Assembly: GCA_964016885.1 (NCBI GenBank)
Contig: OZ024742.1
Coordinates: forward strand, 72,664,001-72,728,000
Direction: 5' to 3'
Origin: Eledone cirrhosa
Taxonomy: Eukaryota
Length of the DNA: 64,000 nt
In this document: piece by piece, positions 11,240 to 25,580 of the stretch
Numbering within the stretch: position 1 is the stretch's first letter
Layout of the letters: every line of letters begins with the position of its first letter
Translations under genes and position numbers: made by a program
Notes under the pieces: model-generated
What the model saw: only the letters and a program-made list of their open reading frames with translations
Database searches by the model: none
What the model was told of the DNA's origin: nothing

Positions 11240-12070
11240 GTAAGGATAGGGATTATTATGGTGAAGATAGTGGCAGCAGCGGTGGTAATGAAGGTTATTT
11301 ATTTATAAACAAATTAATTATGTCAAATGTTGAGTAATTTCTTGCCTGTTTGTATTTATATATTTATCTTAACCATCACCATCATCTATACATATGTCCT
11401 CCTCTATCTTCAGTAGGCATGGCAACAACTATTAAGGTGGAGACAAATCAGCATTGATAAGTGGAGGATGAATGATGATGATGATAAGGAGGTGGGGGGG
11501 GAGGGTTTTTGTCCTTTCATTGTGTTATATCTGGTATCCATGGAAACCATTACCAACTTTGGAGAGGCTTAGGTTGAGGGGAAAAAACAGTATTGGCAGT
11601 GGTAGTGATGGAGAGAATGGTGGTGATGTAGTAGTAGTGTTGATAGTGGTGGTGATGGTGGCAAGAGTGGTAGTGATGGTAATTGTAGTGGTGACAGCAA
11701 TGGCAGTGGTGGTGGTGGTAGTGTTGGTAGTGGTGGTGATGGCAAGAGTGTTGGTGGTAACAATGGCAGTGCTGGTTGAAGTGGTGGTGGTGATGGCAAG
11801 AGTGGTAGTGATGGTAAGTGTAGTGGTAGTAAGTGATGGAAGTGGTGATTGAAGTGTTGATGTTGATATGAGTGGTGGTGATAGTAGTAGTGATAGCAAT
11901 GGTACACTGATTGTGAGAGTGACAGTGGTGATGGCAGTGTTGGTGTTGATGATGGCGGTGGTGATGTGAGTGGAGATGATGATGATGAGAATAGTAGTGG
12001 TGGTGTTTGGGTTGGTATGATGATGATGCTGGTGTTAATGATAATATCAATGATAGTGGTAAGGAGATAC
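11240..12070. repeat. Cryptic (GTG/ATG/GTA)n trinucleotide low-complexity tract
   Basis: Visible degenerate triplet repeats, opposite in polarity to the AAC array that follows. Confidence 0.8.
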
Positions 12071-12574
12071 AAGGACTTTTTTTTATACAACATACAATCT
12101 GACAATTCATGTTATAACATGAATGTAAAAAATAATAATCAGTTCCCCTGACAAGAAAGAAGTGCTCAATTAAGAACCGCCACAACAACAAACAACTACA
12201 ACAGATGCATCCACCACATAAACTCAACCACAACAAATGCAACAAACAACCACAACACAACAGATGCAACCAATACAAACAACTAACACAAATACTATGT
12301 ACAACAATAATCACAACACACACAACTACAACAGCAACCATAAACACAACTACGACAACAACATCCACAATGACAACAACCATGACAACGACAACAACCA
12401 CGACAACCACAATGACAACCACAACAACGACAACGACGACAACCACGACAACCACGACGACAACCACGACGATGGCGACCACGACGAAGACAACGACGAC
12501 GAGAACCATGGCGATCGCAACCACGACGACAGCAACCATGATGATGGCAACCACGACGACAACCACGACGACCG

Positions 12575-15500
12575 ACAACAACAACAACATCCAACGCGAC
12601 GAGAACAACAACCACGACAACGACGATAACAACAACAACATCCAAGACAATGACAACAACAACATCCAAGACAATGACAACCACAACAACAACATCCAAG
12701 ACAATGACAACAACATCCAAGACAATGACAACCACAACAACAACATCCAAGACAATGACAACCACAACGACAACATCCAAGACAATGACAACCACAACAA
12801 CAACATCCAAGACAATGACAACCACAACAACAACATCCAAGACAATGACAACCACAACAACAACATCCAAGACAATGACAACCACAACAACAACATCCAA
12901 GACAATGACAACAACATCCAAGACAATGACAACCACAACAACAACATCCAAGACAATGACAACAACAACAACCACATCCAAGACAATGACAACCACAACA
13001 ACAACATCCAAGACAATGACAACCACAACAACAACATCCAAGACAATGACAACCACAACAACAACATCCAAGACAATGACAACCACAACAACAACATCCA
13101 AGACAATGACAACAACATCCAAGACAATGACAACCACAACAACAACATCCAAGACAATGACAACAACAACAACAACATCCAAGACAATGACAACAACATC
13201 CAAGACAATGACAACCACAACAACAACATCCATGACAATGACAACCACGACAACAACATCCAAGACAATGACAACCATGACAACAACATCCAAGACAATG
13301 ACAACCACAACAACAACATCCAAGACAATGACAACCACGACAACAACATCCAAGACAATGACAACAACAACAACAACATCCAAGACAATGACAACAACAT
13401 CCAAGACAATGACAACCACAACAACAACATCCAAGACAATGACAACAACAACAACAACATCCAAGACAATGACAACAACATCCAAGACAATGACAACCAC
13501 AACAACAACATCCAAGACAATGACAACCACAACAACAACATCCAAGACAATGACAACCACAACAACATCCAAGACAATGACAACAACATCCAAGACAATG
13601 ACAACCACAACAACAACATCCAAGACAATGACAACAACAACAACAACATCCAAGACAATGACAACCACAACAACAACATCCAAGACAATGACAACAACAT
13701 CCAAGACAATGACAACCACAACAACAACATCCAAGACAATGACAACCACAACAACAACATACAAGACAATGACAACCACAACAACAACATCCAAGACAAT
13801 GACAACAACATCCAAGACAATGACAACCACAACAACAACATCCAAGACAATGACAACCACAACAACAACATCCAAGACAATGACAACCACAACAACCACA
13901 TCCAAGACAATGACAACCACGACAACAACATCCAAGACAATGACAACCACAACAACAACATCCAAGACAATGACAACCACAACAACAACATCCAAGACAA
14001 TGACAACCACAACAACAACATCCAAGACAATGACAACAACAACATCCAAGACAATGACAACCACGACAACATCCAAGACAATGACAACCACAACAACAAC
14101 ATCCAAGACAATGACAACCACAACAACAACATCCAAGACAATGACAACCACAACAACAACATCCAAGACAATGACAACATCCAAGACAATGACAACCACA
14201 ACAACAACATCCAAGACAATGACAACCACAACAACAACATCCAAGACAATGACAACCACAACAACAACATCCAAGACAATGACAACCACAACAACAACAT
14301 CCAAGACAATGACAACCACAACAACAACATCCAAGACAATGACAACCACAACAACAACATCCAAGACAATGACAACCACAACAACAACATCCAAGACAAT
14401 GACAACCACGACATCAACATCCAAGACAATGACAACCACAACAACAACATCCAAGACAATGACAACCACGACATCAACATCCAAGACAATGACAACCACG
14501 ACAACAACATCCAAGACAATGACAACCACAACAACAACATCCAAGACAATGACAACCACGACAACATCCAAGACAATGACAACCACAACAACAACATCCA
14601 AGACAATGACAACCACGACAACAACATCCAAGACAATGACAACAACAACATCCAAGACAATGACAATCACGACAACAACATCCAAGACAATGACAACCAC
14701 AACAACAACATCCAAGACAATGACAACAACAACATCCAAGACAATGACAACCACAACAACAACATCCAAGACAATGACAACCACAACAACAACATCCAAG
14801 ACAATGACAACAACAACAACCACATCCAAGACAATGACAACCACGACAACAACATCCAAGACAATGACAACCACAACGACAACATCCAAGACAATGACAA
14901 CCACAACAACAACATCCAAGACAATGACAACAACATCCAAGACAATGACAACAACATCCAAGACAATGACAACCACGACAACAACATCCAAGACAATGAC
15001 AACCACAACAACAACATCCAAGACAATGACAACCACATCCAAGACAATGACAACCACGACAACAACATCCAAGACAATGACAACCACAACAACAACATCC
15101 AAGACAATGACAACAACATCCAAGACAATGACAACCACGACAACAACATCCAAGACAATGACAACCACAACGACAACATCCAAGACAATGACAACCACAA
15201 CAACAACATCCAAGACAATGACAACAACATCCAAGACAATGACAACCACGACAACAACATCCAAGACAATGACAACCACAACAACAACATCCAAGACAAT
15301 GACAACAACATCCAAGACAATGACAACCACGACAACAACATCCAAGACAATGACAACCACAACAACAACATCCAAGACAATGACAACAACATCCAAGACA
15401 ATGACAACCACGACAACAACATCCAAGACAATGACAACCACGACAACAACATCCAAGACAATGACAACAACATCCAAGACAATGACAACCACGACAACAA

Positions 15501-18500
15501 CATCCAAGACAATGACAACAACAACATCCAAGACAATGACAATCACGACAACAACATCCAAGACGATGACAACCACGACAACAACATCCAAGACAATGAC
15601 AACCACGACAACAACATCCAAGACAATGACAACCACAACCACAACATCCAAGACAATGACAACCACGACAACAACATCCAAGACAATGACAACCACAACA
15701 ACAACATCCAAGACAATGACAACCACGACAACAACATCCAAGACAATGACAACAACATCCAAGACAATGACAACCACAACCACAACATCCAAGACAATGA
15801 CAACCACGACAACAACATCCAAGACAATGACAACCACGACAACAACCACAACAACAACATCCAAGACAATGACAACCACAACAACAACATCCAAGACAAT
15901 GACAACCACGACAACAACATCCAAGACAATGACAACCACGACAACAACATCCAAGACAATGACAACCACAACAACAACATCCAAGACAATGACAACCACA
16001 ACAACAACATCCAAGACAATGACAACCACGACAACAACATCCAAGACAATGACAACCACGACAACAACATCCAAGACAATGACAACCACGACAACAACAT
16101 CCAAGACAATGACAACCACAACGACAACATCCAAGACAATGACAACCACGACAACAACATCCAAGACAATGACAACCACAACCACAACATCCAAGACAAT
16201 GACAACCACAACCACAACATCCAAGACAATGACAACCACAACAACAACATCCAAGACAATGACAACCACGACAACAACATCCAAGACAATGACAACAACA
16301 ACATCCAAGACAATGACAACCACGACAACAACATCCAAGACGATGACAACCACGACAACAACATCCAAGACGATGACAACCACGACAACAACATCCAAGA
16401 CAATGACAACCACAACAACAACATCCAAGACAATGACAACCACGACAACAACATCCAAGACAATGACAACCACGACAACAACATCCAAGACAATGACAAC
16501 CACAACGACAACATCCAAGACAATGACAACCACGACAACAACATCCAAGACAATGACAACCACAACCACAACATCCAAGACAATGACAACCACAACCACA
16601 ACATCCAAGACAATGACAACCACAACAACAACATCCAAGACAATGACAACCACGACAACAACATCCAAGACAATGACAACCACAACAACAACATCCAAGA
16701 CAATGACAACCACGACAACAACATCCAAGACGATGACAACCACAACAACAACATCCAAGACAATGACAACCACAACATCCAAGACAATGACAACCACGAC
16801 AACAACATCCAAGACAATGACAACCACAACAACAACATCCAAGACAATGACAACCACAACAACAACATCCAAGACAATGACAACCACAACAACAACATCC
16901 AAGACAATGACAACCACAACAACAACATGCAAGACAATGACAACCACAACGACAACATCCAAGACAATGACAACCACAACGACAACATCCAAGACAATGA
17001 CAACCACAACAACAACATCCAAGACAATGACAACCACAACAACAACATCCAAGACAATGACAACCACAACGACAACATCCAAGACAATGACAACCACAAC
17101 GACAACATCCAAGACAATGACAACCACGACAACAACATCCAAGACAATGACAACCACAACAACAACATCCAAGACAATGACAACCACGACAACAACATCC
17201 AAGACAATGACAACCACAACAACAACATCCAAGACAATGACAACCACGACAACAACATCCAAGACAATGACAACCACAACAACAACATCCAAGACGATGA
17301 CAACCACGACAACAACATCCAAGACAATGACAACCACGACAACAACATCCAAGACAATGACAACCACAACAACAACATCCAAGACAATGACAACCACAAC
17401 AACAACATCCAAGACAATGACAACCACAACATCCAAGACAATGACAACCACGACACCAACATCCAAGACAATGACAACCACAACAACAACATCCAAGACA
17501 ATGACAACCACAACATCCAAGACAATGACAACCACAACAACAACATCCAAGACAATGACAACCACGAAAACATCCAAGGCAATGACAACAACAACATCCA
17601 AGACAATGACAACCACAACAACAACATCCAAGACAATGACAACCACAACATCCAAGAAAATGACAACCACAACAACAACATCCAAGACGATGACAACCAC
17701 GACAACAACATCCAAGACAATGACAACCACAACATCCAAGAAAATGACAACCACAACAACAACATCCAAGACGATGACAACCACGACAACAACATCCAAG
17801 ACAATGACAACCACAACATCCAAGAAAATGACAACCACAACAACAACATCCAAGACGATGACAACAACATCCAAGACAATGACAACCACAACAACATCCA
17901 AGACAATGACAACCACGACAACAACATCCAAGACAATGACAACCACAACAACAACATCCAAGACAATGACAACAACATCCAAGACATTGACAACCACAAC
18001 AACAACATCCAAGACAACCACAACCACAACAACAACATCCAAGACAATGACAACCACGACAACAACATCCAAGACAATGACAACCACGACAACAACATCC
18101 AAGACAATGACAACCACGACAACAACATCCAAGACAATGACAACCACAACAACATCCAAGACAATGACAACCACGACAACAACATCCAAGACAATGACAA
18201 CCACAACAACAACATCCAAGACAATGACAACAACATCCAAGACATTGACAACCACAACAACAACATCCAAGACAACCACAACCACAACAACAACATCCAA
18301 GACAATGACAACCACGACAACATCCAAGACGATGACAACCACGACAACAACATCCAAGACAATGACAACCACAACAACAACATCCAAGACAATGACAACC
18401 ACGACAACAACATCCAAGACGATGACAACCACAACAACAACATCCAAGACAATGACAACCACAACAACAACATCCAAGACAATGACAACCACAACAACAA

Positions 18501-19350
18501 CATCCAAGACAATGACAACAACAACAACCACATCCAAGACAATGACAACCACAACAACAACATCCAAGACAATGACAACCACAACAACAACATCCAAGAC
18601 AATGACAACCACAACAACAAGATCCAAGACAATGACAACAACAACAACCACATCCAAGACAATGACAACCACAACAACAACATCCAAGACAATGACAACC
18701 ACAACAACAACATCCAAGACAATGACAACCACAACAACAACATCCAAGACAATGACAACCACAACAACAACATCCAAGACAATGACAACCACAACAACAA
18801 GATCCAAGACAATGACAACAACAACAACCACATCCAAGACAATGACAACCACAACAACAACATCCAAGACAATGACAACCACAACAACAACATCCAAGAC
18901 AATGACAACCACAACAACAAGATCCAAGACAATGACAACCACAACAACAACATCCAAGACAATGACAACCACAACAACAACATCCAAGACAATGACAACC
19001 ACAACAACAAGATCCAAGACAATGACAACAACAACAACCACATCCAAGACAATGACAACCACAACAACAACATCCAAGACAATGACAACCACGACATCAA
19101 CATCCAAGACAATGACAACCACAACAACAACATCCAAGACAATGACAACCACAACAACAACAACCACATCCAAGACAATGACAACCACAACAACAACATC
19201 CAAGACAATGACAACCACGACATCAACATCCAAGACAATGACAACCACGACAACATCCAAGACAATGACAACCACAACAACAACATCCAAGACAATGACA
19301 ACAACATCCAAGACAATGACAACCATGACGACATCCAAGACGATGACAAG
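12575..19350. repeat. ~6.8-kb minisatellite, consensus 30-bp AACATCCAAGACAATGACAACCACAACAAC with 18-27-bp and longer variants
   Basis: Over 200 tandem units; all length changes are multiples of 3; preceded by degenerate (ACA/ACG/ACC)n at 12180-12575. Confidence 0.97.
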
Positions 19351-19889
19351 AGCAACCTAGATGGCAACAACCACCACCACCACCACCACCATGATGACAA
19401 TAACCACAACCATCTCACATATATTCATACGCACACTCTACTTTCCTCATGTCTGACACAATTGAGGAATATTCTTGACCCTTTGTTTGGCAAGTCTTCT
19501 ACAGTTGGATGCCCTTCCTATCACCAAACACTTTACAGAGTGCACTGGGTGTATTTCATTATGTCACCAACACTAGTGAGGTTATGATGCCCTTGATGTA
19601 ACTGAAGAGTTTTCAACAGTTTGATGCTCTTTTTATAGCCATCAAACTTACAGTGTACTGGGTACATGTACAAGACTACTGACTACAGAAGAATTCAGAG
19701 AAAATAGCAAAGTGGAACAAAAATCTAAGTATTTACAGTATATGCTCATGTATAAGTCTACTTCAGGCATAATGCAACTTTTGTTTTTTTGGTGTGGAGA
19801 AGACTGATTTTCTTTGTTTTGTTTTTTATAAAGCTCTTATGACGCTATTATTATTATTGTTGCTGTATTCTATCGGCTATTTTGCCATG

Positions 19890-20980
19890 CGGTATTCTAT
19901 CGGTTAGTTTGTTAGCCTTGACGGCGACCCTCGGTGCATACCTCACAATTTCCTTCCCACCCACCCACCCCCTCACACCACCATAGCCTATTCGACCAAT
20001 CAAACCTCAGCATGCCATTTCTTCTGCTGCTGCTACTACTACTACCTAACTCACTCCTCCCCTGTCCCAGCCCAACACACCCTGCCATTATCCCACCACC
20101 ACTGTTCTTCTAGCCCTCAATTTTCCTACCGTTATGGATGGATGAGCTGAGAATAAATTTGAGCAACTCTAAATCAATAGATGAAATATGAATCTGCGAG
20201 CTACCAAGCACCCATGTGAAGTGCCAATCCAGAGACCCTTCCCTATGAGTGTCGACAAATGCCCAAAACTGAGTTGGTACCATCAATGTAGGCTCAATGA
20301 AAGGAAGAGCAGGAGAAATCGTAGAAATGCTAGAGCGAAAGGAAATTGATGTATGCTGTGTGCAAGAGACTAGATGGAGAGGAGAGTCTGCCAGAGTCCT
20401 TGTAGGAAAGTCGGTGCTACAAATTTTTCTGGGTGGGAAATGACGATGGGATGGGTGGTGTAGGTATACTACTAGCTAACAAGTGGGTAGATAAAGTAAT
20501 CTCAGTGTACAGGGTAAATGCAAGAATCATTAAACTCAGACTAGTCCTGAATAAAACAATTACCACAATAATATCAGCTTACGCACCCCAATCGGGGCTG
20601 CCAGACGAACTTAAGGATAGGTTTTACGAGTCCCTAATGCACACTACTGCTCTAACAAACGACAATGACTTCCTAATCATCGCAGGAGATTTTAACGGAC
20701 ACGTAGGTAAACACTGCGACGGCTTCAATAGAGTACATGGAGGCCATGGGGTTGGCACAAGAAATGAGGAAGGATTCAGACTTCTAGAATTCTGCGACGC
20801 CAATGACATGTCGATATGTAACACAAACTTTAAAAAACCCAACAACCACCTGATCACCTATAGATCAGGGGAGCACTCCAGTCAGATAGATTTTATCCTC
20901 ATCCGAGGACGTGACAGATGGACGGTCGTAAACACAAAAGCCTTCCCTAGTGAGGAATGTACATCCCAACATAGCTTAGG
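19890..20980 (+). mobile_element. RTE LINE 5' part: 5' UTR plus AP endonuclease, frameshifted and 3'-truncated
   Basis: GTINVGSMKG, DVCCVQETRW, GVGIL, SAYAPQ, GDFNGHVG, NTNFKK, QIDFIL, SQH. Confidence 0.88.
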
Positions 20981-21840
20981 TTAGACGGGTTGTCCTGTTG
21001 TGGGCAGTGTCTGGTCGGCTGACCATGCCTTGCTCATACAGGAACTGATTTGGCTTGATTTCTACAGCTGGATGCCCTTCCTAACACCAACCTCATTTAC
21101 AGTGAGTGCTGGGTGATTTTTTGTGGCTCCTACACGTCCACTTTACAGTGTGGGCTGGGTGCTTTTTTGCCGTGGCACCTCCACGACCACCTTGCAGTGG
21201 GAGGGTGTGGGGGTATATTGTCTATATGCTTCAGCTTGTACCCATGGGAGGTCGGGTACTCTGTATTACTGCGTGACGCAAGAGGTCACGGTCGTGTGTC
21301 ATCGCCTTTGAAAGGTGTAATTGGGTAAGGTTGGCTTTTATCACCTCATCCCAGGTCATCTTGGGTCTCCCCACTCCGCGGTTTCCATCGACTTCTAGTG
21401 CTCTGCACCTTTTTATGCAGCTGTCATCCTTCATACGCATCACATGTCCATACCAACGCATCCGCCTCTCCTGCACACAGCATTTGATTCCTCTTATGCT
21501 CAGTCTCTCTCTCAATTCATTTATGCTTTGTCGTTCACGTATGTTACTATTACACATCCATTGGAGCATGCAGGCTTCGTTTCTCTCTAATCTACATAAG
21601 TCTTCCACCTTCAGCGCCCAGGTCTCACTACCATGTAACATTGCTGTTCGGATACACGCATCATACAGTCTGCCTTTCATTTTGAGGGAGAAGCCTTTTG
21701 CAGCTAGCAGTGGCAGTAGTTCCCTGAACTTCTTCCATCCTGTTCTTACCCTAGTTATTGTACTTTCTGAACACCCACCTCCGCTGCTAATTCAGTCACC
21801 TAGGTAGCAGAAGCTGTCTACTGTCTCTACAGAGACCTCC
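20981..21840 (-). mobile_element. RTE LINE 3' part (family-1-related), tail missing
   Basis: GRLYDACIRTAMLHGSETW, RRMRWYGHV, GRPKMTW; 3' UTR with TTAGGAAGGGCATCCAGCTGTAG. Confidence 0.9.
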
Positions 21841-21851
21841 CTTTCTATATA

Positions 21852-22671
21852 TCTATATATATATAAAACTGTGGTTGTCTGTCTGTCTATCGATTTTTGG
21901 CACACATCTCCTCTTAGAATCTCTCACGGAATTGCACCGAAATTGCTATACTTGTACATTGAGCCCTAGCGAAGACATCGGAAAAAAAAAAATTTCAAAT
22001 TGACCCACCCTATGTGACGAAATCGAATATAATGTATCGATTTTTGAGCGTAAGTTATCAGTTATTTCCCTTTGTTCTGTTTACATTGAGCGTCTTACGT
22101 AAAAAATTACGCTGGCTTTCTCAGCGTTTAAAATGACATTAACACAATACACGAAGCTTCCGTTTTGCTTCATTTCCATTTAAAAGCATTTTAAAACAAT
22201 ATTTTTACTTGAAAACAAGTCTATTTAAAGACTACGTAAAACAAGCAAATATTTCGTCATTAGGCGTGCAGACAGACAGTCGTGCAGACAGATAGTCGTG
22301 CAGAGAGGTGATATAGGCATGCAGACAGACAGTCGTGCAGAGAGGTGATATAGGCGTGCAGACAGACATAACTGATAATTTGGTTACGCTAATGTTTTTC
22401 TCTGCGTTGCAGTGTTTACATTTTCGATCTTTGTTAATAAATAACCAGTGCAGTTTCTATCCCCAGCATCCTCTTTTGTTATAACATTCGGGTTATCGTT
22501 GTTTTCTTAACTTCATAAGGCATATTGTTGGTTGAGGGAATATTAATCAAAAACACCACATGCAAGTCTGCACAGTAGACACTACAGTTTTTAAGCCAAA
22601 AAAGAAACTTAACATTGTAACTTTAACACAGCTACTGAGCGACCCCGAGCAACGCCGGGCTTTACTGCTAG
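21852..22671 (+). mobile_element. Non-autonomous Helitron
   Basis: A|TC(TA)nAAA 5' end followed by a (GTCT)n tract; subterminal hairpin CCCGAGCAACGCCGGG then CTAG|T at 22668-22672; internal tandem repeats at 22261-22367. Confidence 0.85.
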
Positions 22672-22811
22672 TATTTTATAAACTATATTTATATATATAT
22701 TTTATATACTATATTTATACATATATTTTATTTACTATATTTATACATAATTTTATTTACTATATTTATACATAATTTTATTTACTATATTTGATATTTT
22801 ATATATATATT

Positions 22812-25580
22812 AGGTAGATCTGCTGAAACAGCGAAGATGCTGGAGAGAAGGCATGTGGATGTGTGCTGCGTGCAAGAGGTGAGATGGAGAGGTGCCTCTG
22901 CGAGACTAGTCGTAGGCAAATATCTTAGCTATAAGCTTTTCTGGGTAGGTAAGGATGATGGGTTAGGGGGAGTAGTAATTTTCCTGGCTGAGAGATGGAT
23001 CAATAACACAATAGAGGTAGTTCGAGTTAGTAATCGAATAATTAAGCTTAGATTAGTTGTAGGCAGGAGACTACTGACAATCATCTCTGCCTATGCTCCC
23101 CAAGCAGGCCTAGGCAAAGATGAGAAAGACTGCTTTTACGAGCAACTTTTACAAACAACCGCAATGGCAGAAGACAGATTGACTTCTTACTAGTTAGGCA
23201 GCGGGACAGGCAGATAGTGTCTAATACCAAGGCATACCCTGGGGAAGAATGTACCCCCACAGCATAGGTTAGTTGTTAGTGATATCTCAGTAAGCAAGAG
23301 ATGGAATGAGACATACAGGAAGGTGTGGAGAAGAAAGGTCTGGAAGCTAAAAGACCTTTCACTAAAATACAAATTTAGGAAAGCCCTTCAAGATGTTTAT
23401 GATGAAAAAGAATATGATTTAGAGACGTATGACATAGACAATAACTGGAATTTCTTATGTGACAACTTACTGCAGGCTACTGATGAAACTAGTGGCTGGA
23501 GCAGAGCTCCAACCAGACAGAGTGACCTGGTGGTGGAACAGCACAGTAGATAAAGCCATTAGAGATAAAAGACTAGCATGGAAGGCTTCGAAAAAGGGTG
23601 GGAGTAGGGAAGTATATACAGCCGATAAGAGAGAAGCTAGACGTCAGGTGTACTTAGCACGCAGGGAGGCTTGCCAATGTTCTGCGACGAGAAGATCAGA
23701 GGCGTGCGGTGTTCCACATTGCAAGGCAGTGTGTCAATGCAAATCAGGATGTTGTTGGAGATAAATGTGTCCGGAATGATGCCGGTGTACTTAGTATCAC
23801 GAATGATCAGAAAAAGGAGGCCTGGAAATGTCATTGAGAGACTGAAGAATGTGGAGAACGAATGGGAGAGAGAGAAATTACCCTCAGTAGATCCGACAGA
23901 GGGACCAGCTATTGAGATTGACGAATATAGAGTCCAAGAGGCGATTAAGGAAATGAAAAATGGTAAGGCTGCTGGACCATCGGGAATATTTGCTGAGATG
24001 CTGAAGGCATCAGGAGACGTAGGCACTAAACTGGTTGCACGCATCATCAATCAGGCTATATATGGTGCAGCAGTATTCTCATAAATTGCTAGAAAGGTAA
24101 AGGGGATGCTCTGGAGAGGAGCAATTATAGGGGTATAAAACTGATGGATCAGGTTATGAAAGTGGCAGAAAGGATATTAGCACAACTAATTAGAGAAAGG
24201 GTCAAACTAGATGAGATGCAGTTTGGTTTTGTGCCTGGCAAGAGTACAACAGATGCCCTCTTCTTGGTGAGACAATTGCAAGAGAGGTTCTTAGAGAAAA
24301 ATAAGCCACTATACTTAGCCTTTGTTGACCTAGAGAAGGCCTTTGATAGGGTACTCTGATCTGTCATCTGGTGGTCCCTAAGGAAACTAGGTGTTGAGGA
24401 ATGGCTTGTGAGGACAGTGAAAACTTTGTACAGAGGTAGTCAGTAAAGTCAGTGTAAGAATGGAGTTTAGTGAGGAATTCCAGATACAAGTAGGAGTACA
24501 TCAAGGTTCGGTCTTCAGCCCGCTCTTGTTCATTATAGTTCTCCAAGCCATAACAGAGGAGTTTAAGACTGGCTGTCCATGGGAACTTCTCTATGCTGAC
24601 GATCTGGTTCTTATAGCAGAATCAGTAGAGGAGCTAGAGAATAAATTCTGGCTATGGAAACAGCAGTTGGAAGCAAGAGGACAGAGTGAACCTAGCTAAG
24701 ACAAAAGTGTTGATGAGTAGAAAAGAGGACAAAACTCTGATTCCGTCAGGGAAATGGCCATGTTTGATATGCAGAAAAGGAACTGGCATAAATTCTATAA
24801 AATGCACACAATGCAGATCCTGGGTACACAAGAGATGTAGCAGGATAGCAGGCAAACTAACAGGTAGGGAGAAATATGTATGCAGTAGATGTACAGGGAA
24901 ATTAGACAGTAGAAGTCGCATTGATAGACACATTTTTCAAATGCAGGTGGGTGCTATAGAAGTGGTGGATAGCTTCCGGTACCTAGATCAGATTAGCATG
25001 GGAGGAGGGGGGTTCCGAGGCCATAGTAACTAGAATAAGGATGGGTTGGAAGAAGTTTAGGGAGCTGCTTCCTCTGCTGACGAAGAAGGGTTTCTCCCTG
25101 CGTACGAAAGGCCGGTTATATGATGCCTGTGCGAGGAGCGCGATGCTACATGGTAGTGAGACATGGGCAGCAACTGCAGAGGATATGCGATGGTTGGAGA
25201 GAAATGAGGCAAGCATGCTCCATTGGATGTGCAGTGTCAATGTGCGTGAACGACCCAGCATGAATGTGTTGAGAGGGAAACTGTGTCTGAGAGGGATAGA
25301 ATATAGTGTAAGAGAGAGGAGACTGAGGTGGTATGGACATGTGATGCACATGGAGGATGACCGATGGGTGAAGAAGTGCCAGGAAATGCCAGTTGAAGGA
25401 AGACGTCGTAGAAGTAAACCACAAAAAACATGGGTGGAGGTGGTGAGAACAGACCTCAGATCGCTGAAGCTCACGGTGGAGATGACGAAGGACCGTGACA
25501 AGAGGAGAGATGCTGTGCTGAATAAGACCCGTCCCACCCTTGCAAGCAGAGAAGAGCGGACGTAAAATGATGAGATGATG
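22812..25580 (+). mobile_element. RTE LINE family 2, copy B; near full-length coding region, disabled
   Basis: APE (DVCCVQEVRW, SAYAPQ) with an internal deletion, RT motifs, PHD-type finger, (ATG)n-like tail; several frameshifts. Confidence 0.92.

Noticed and set aside
11550-19418. Minus-strand 1000-2300 aa ORFs (WLSLSWMLL and VVIVLD repeats)
   Set aside because: Antisense readings of the minisatellite, whose unit has no stop in these frames.
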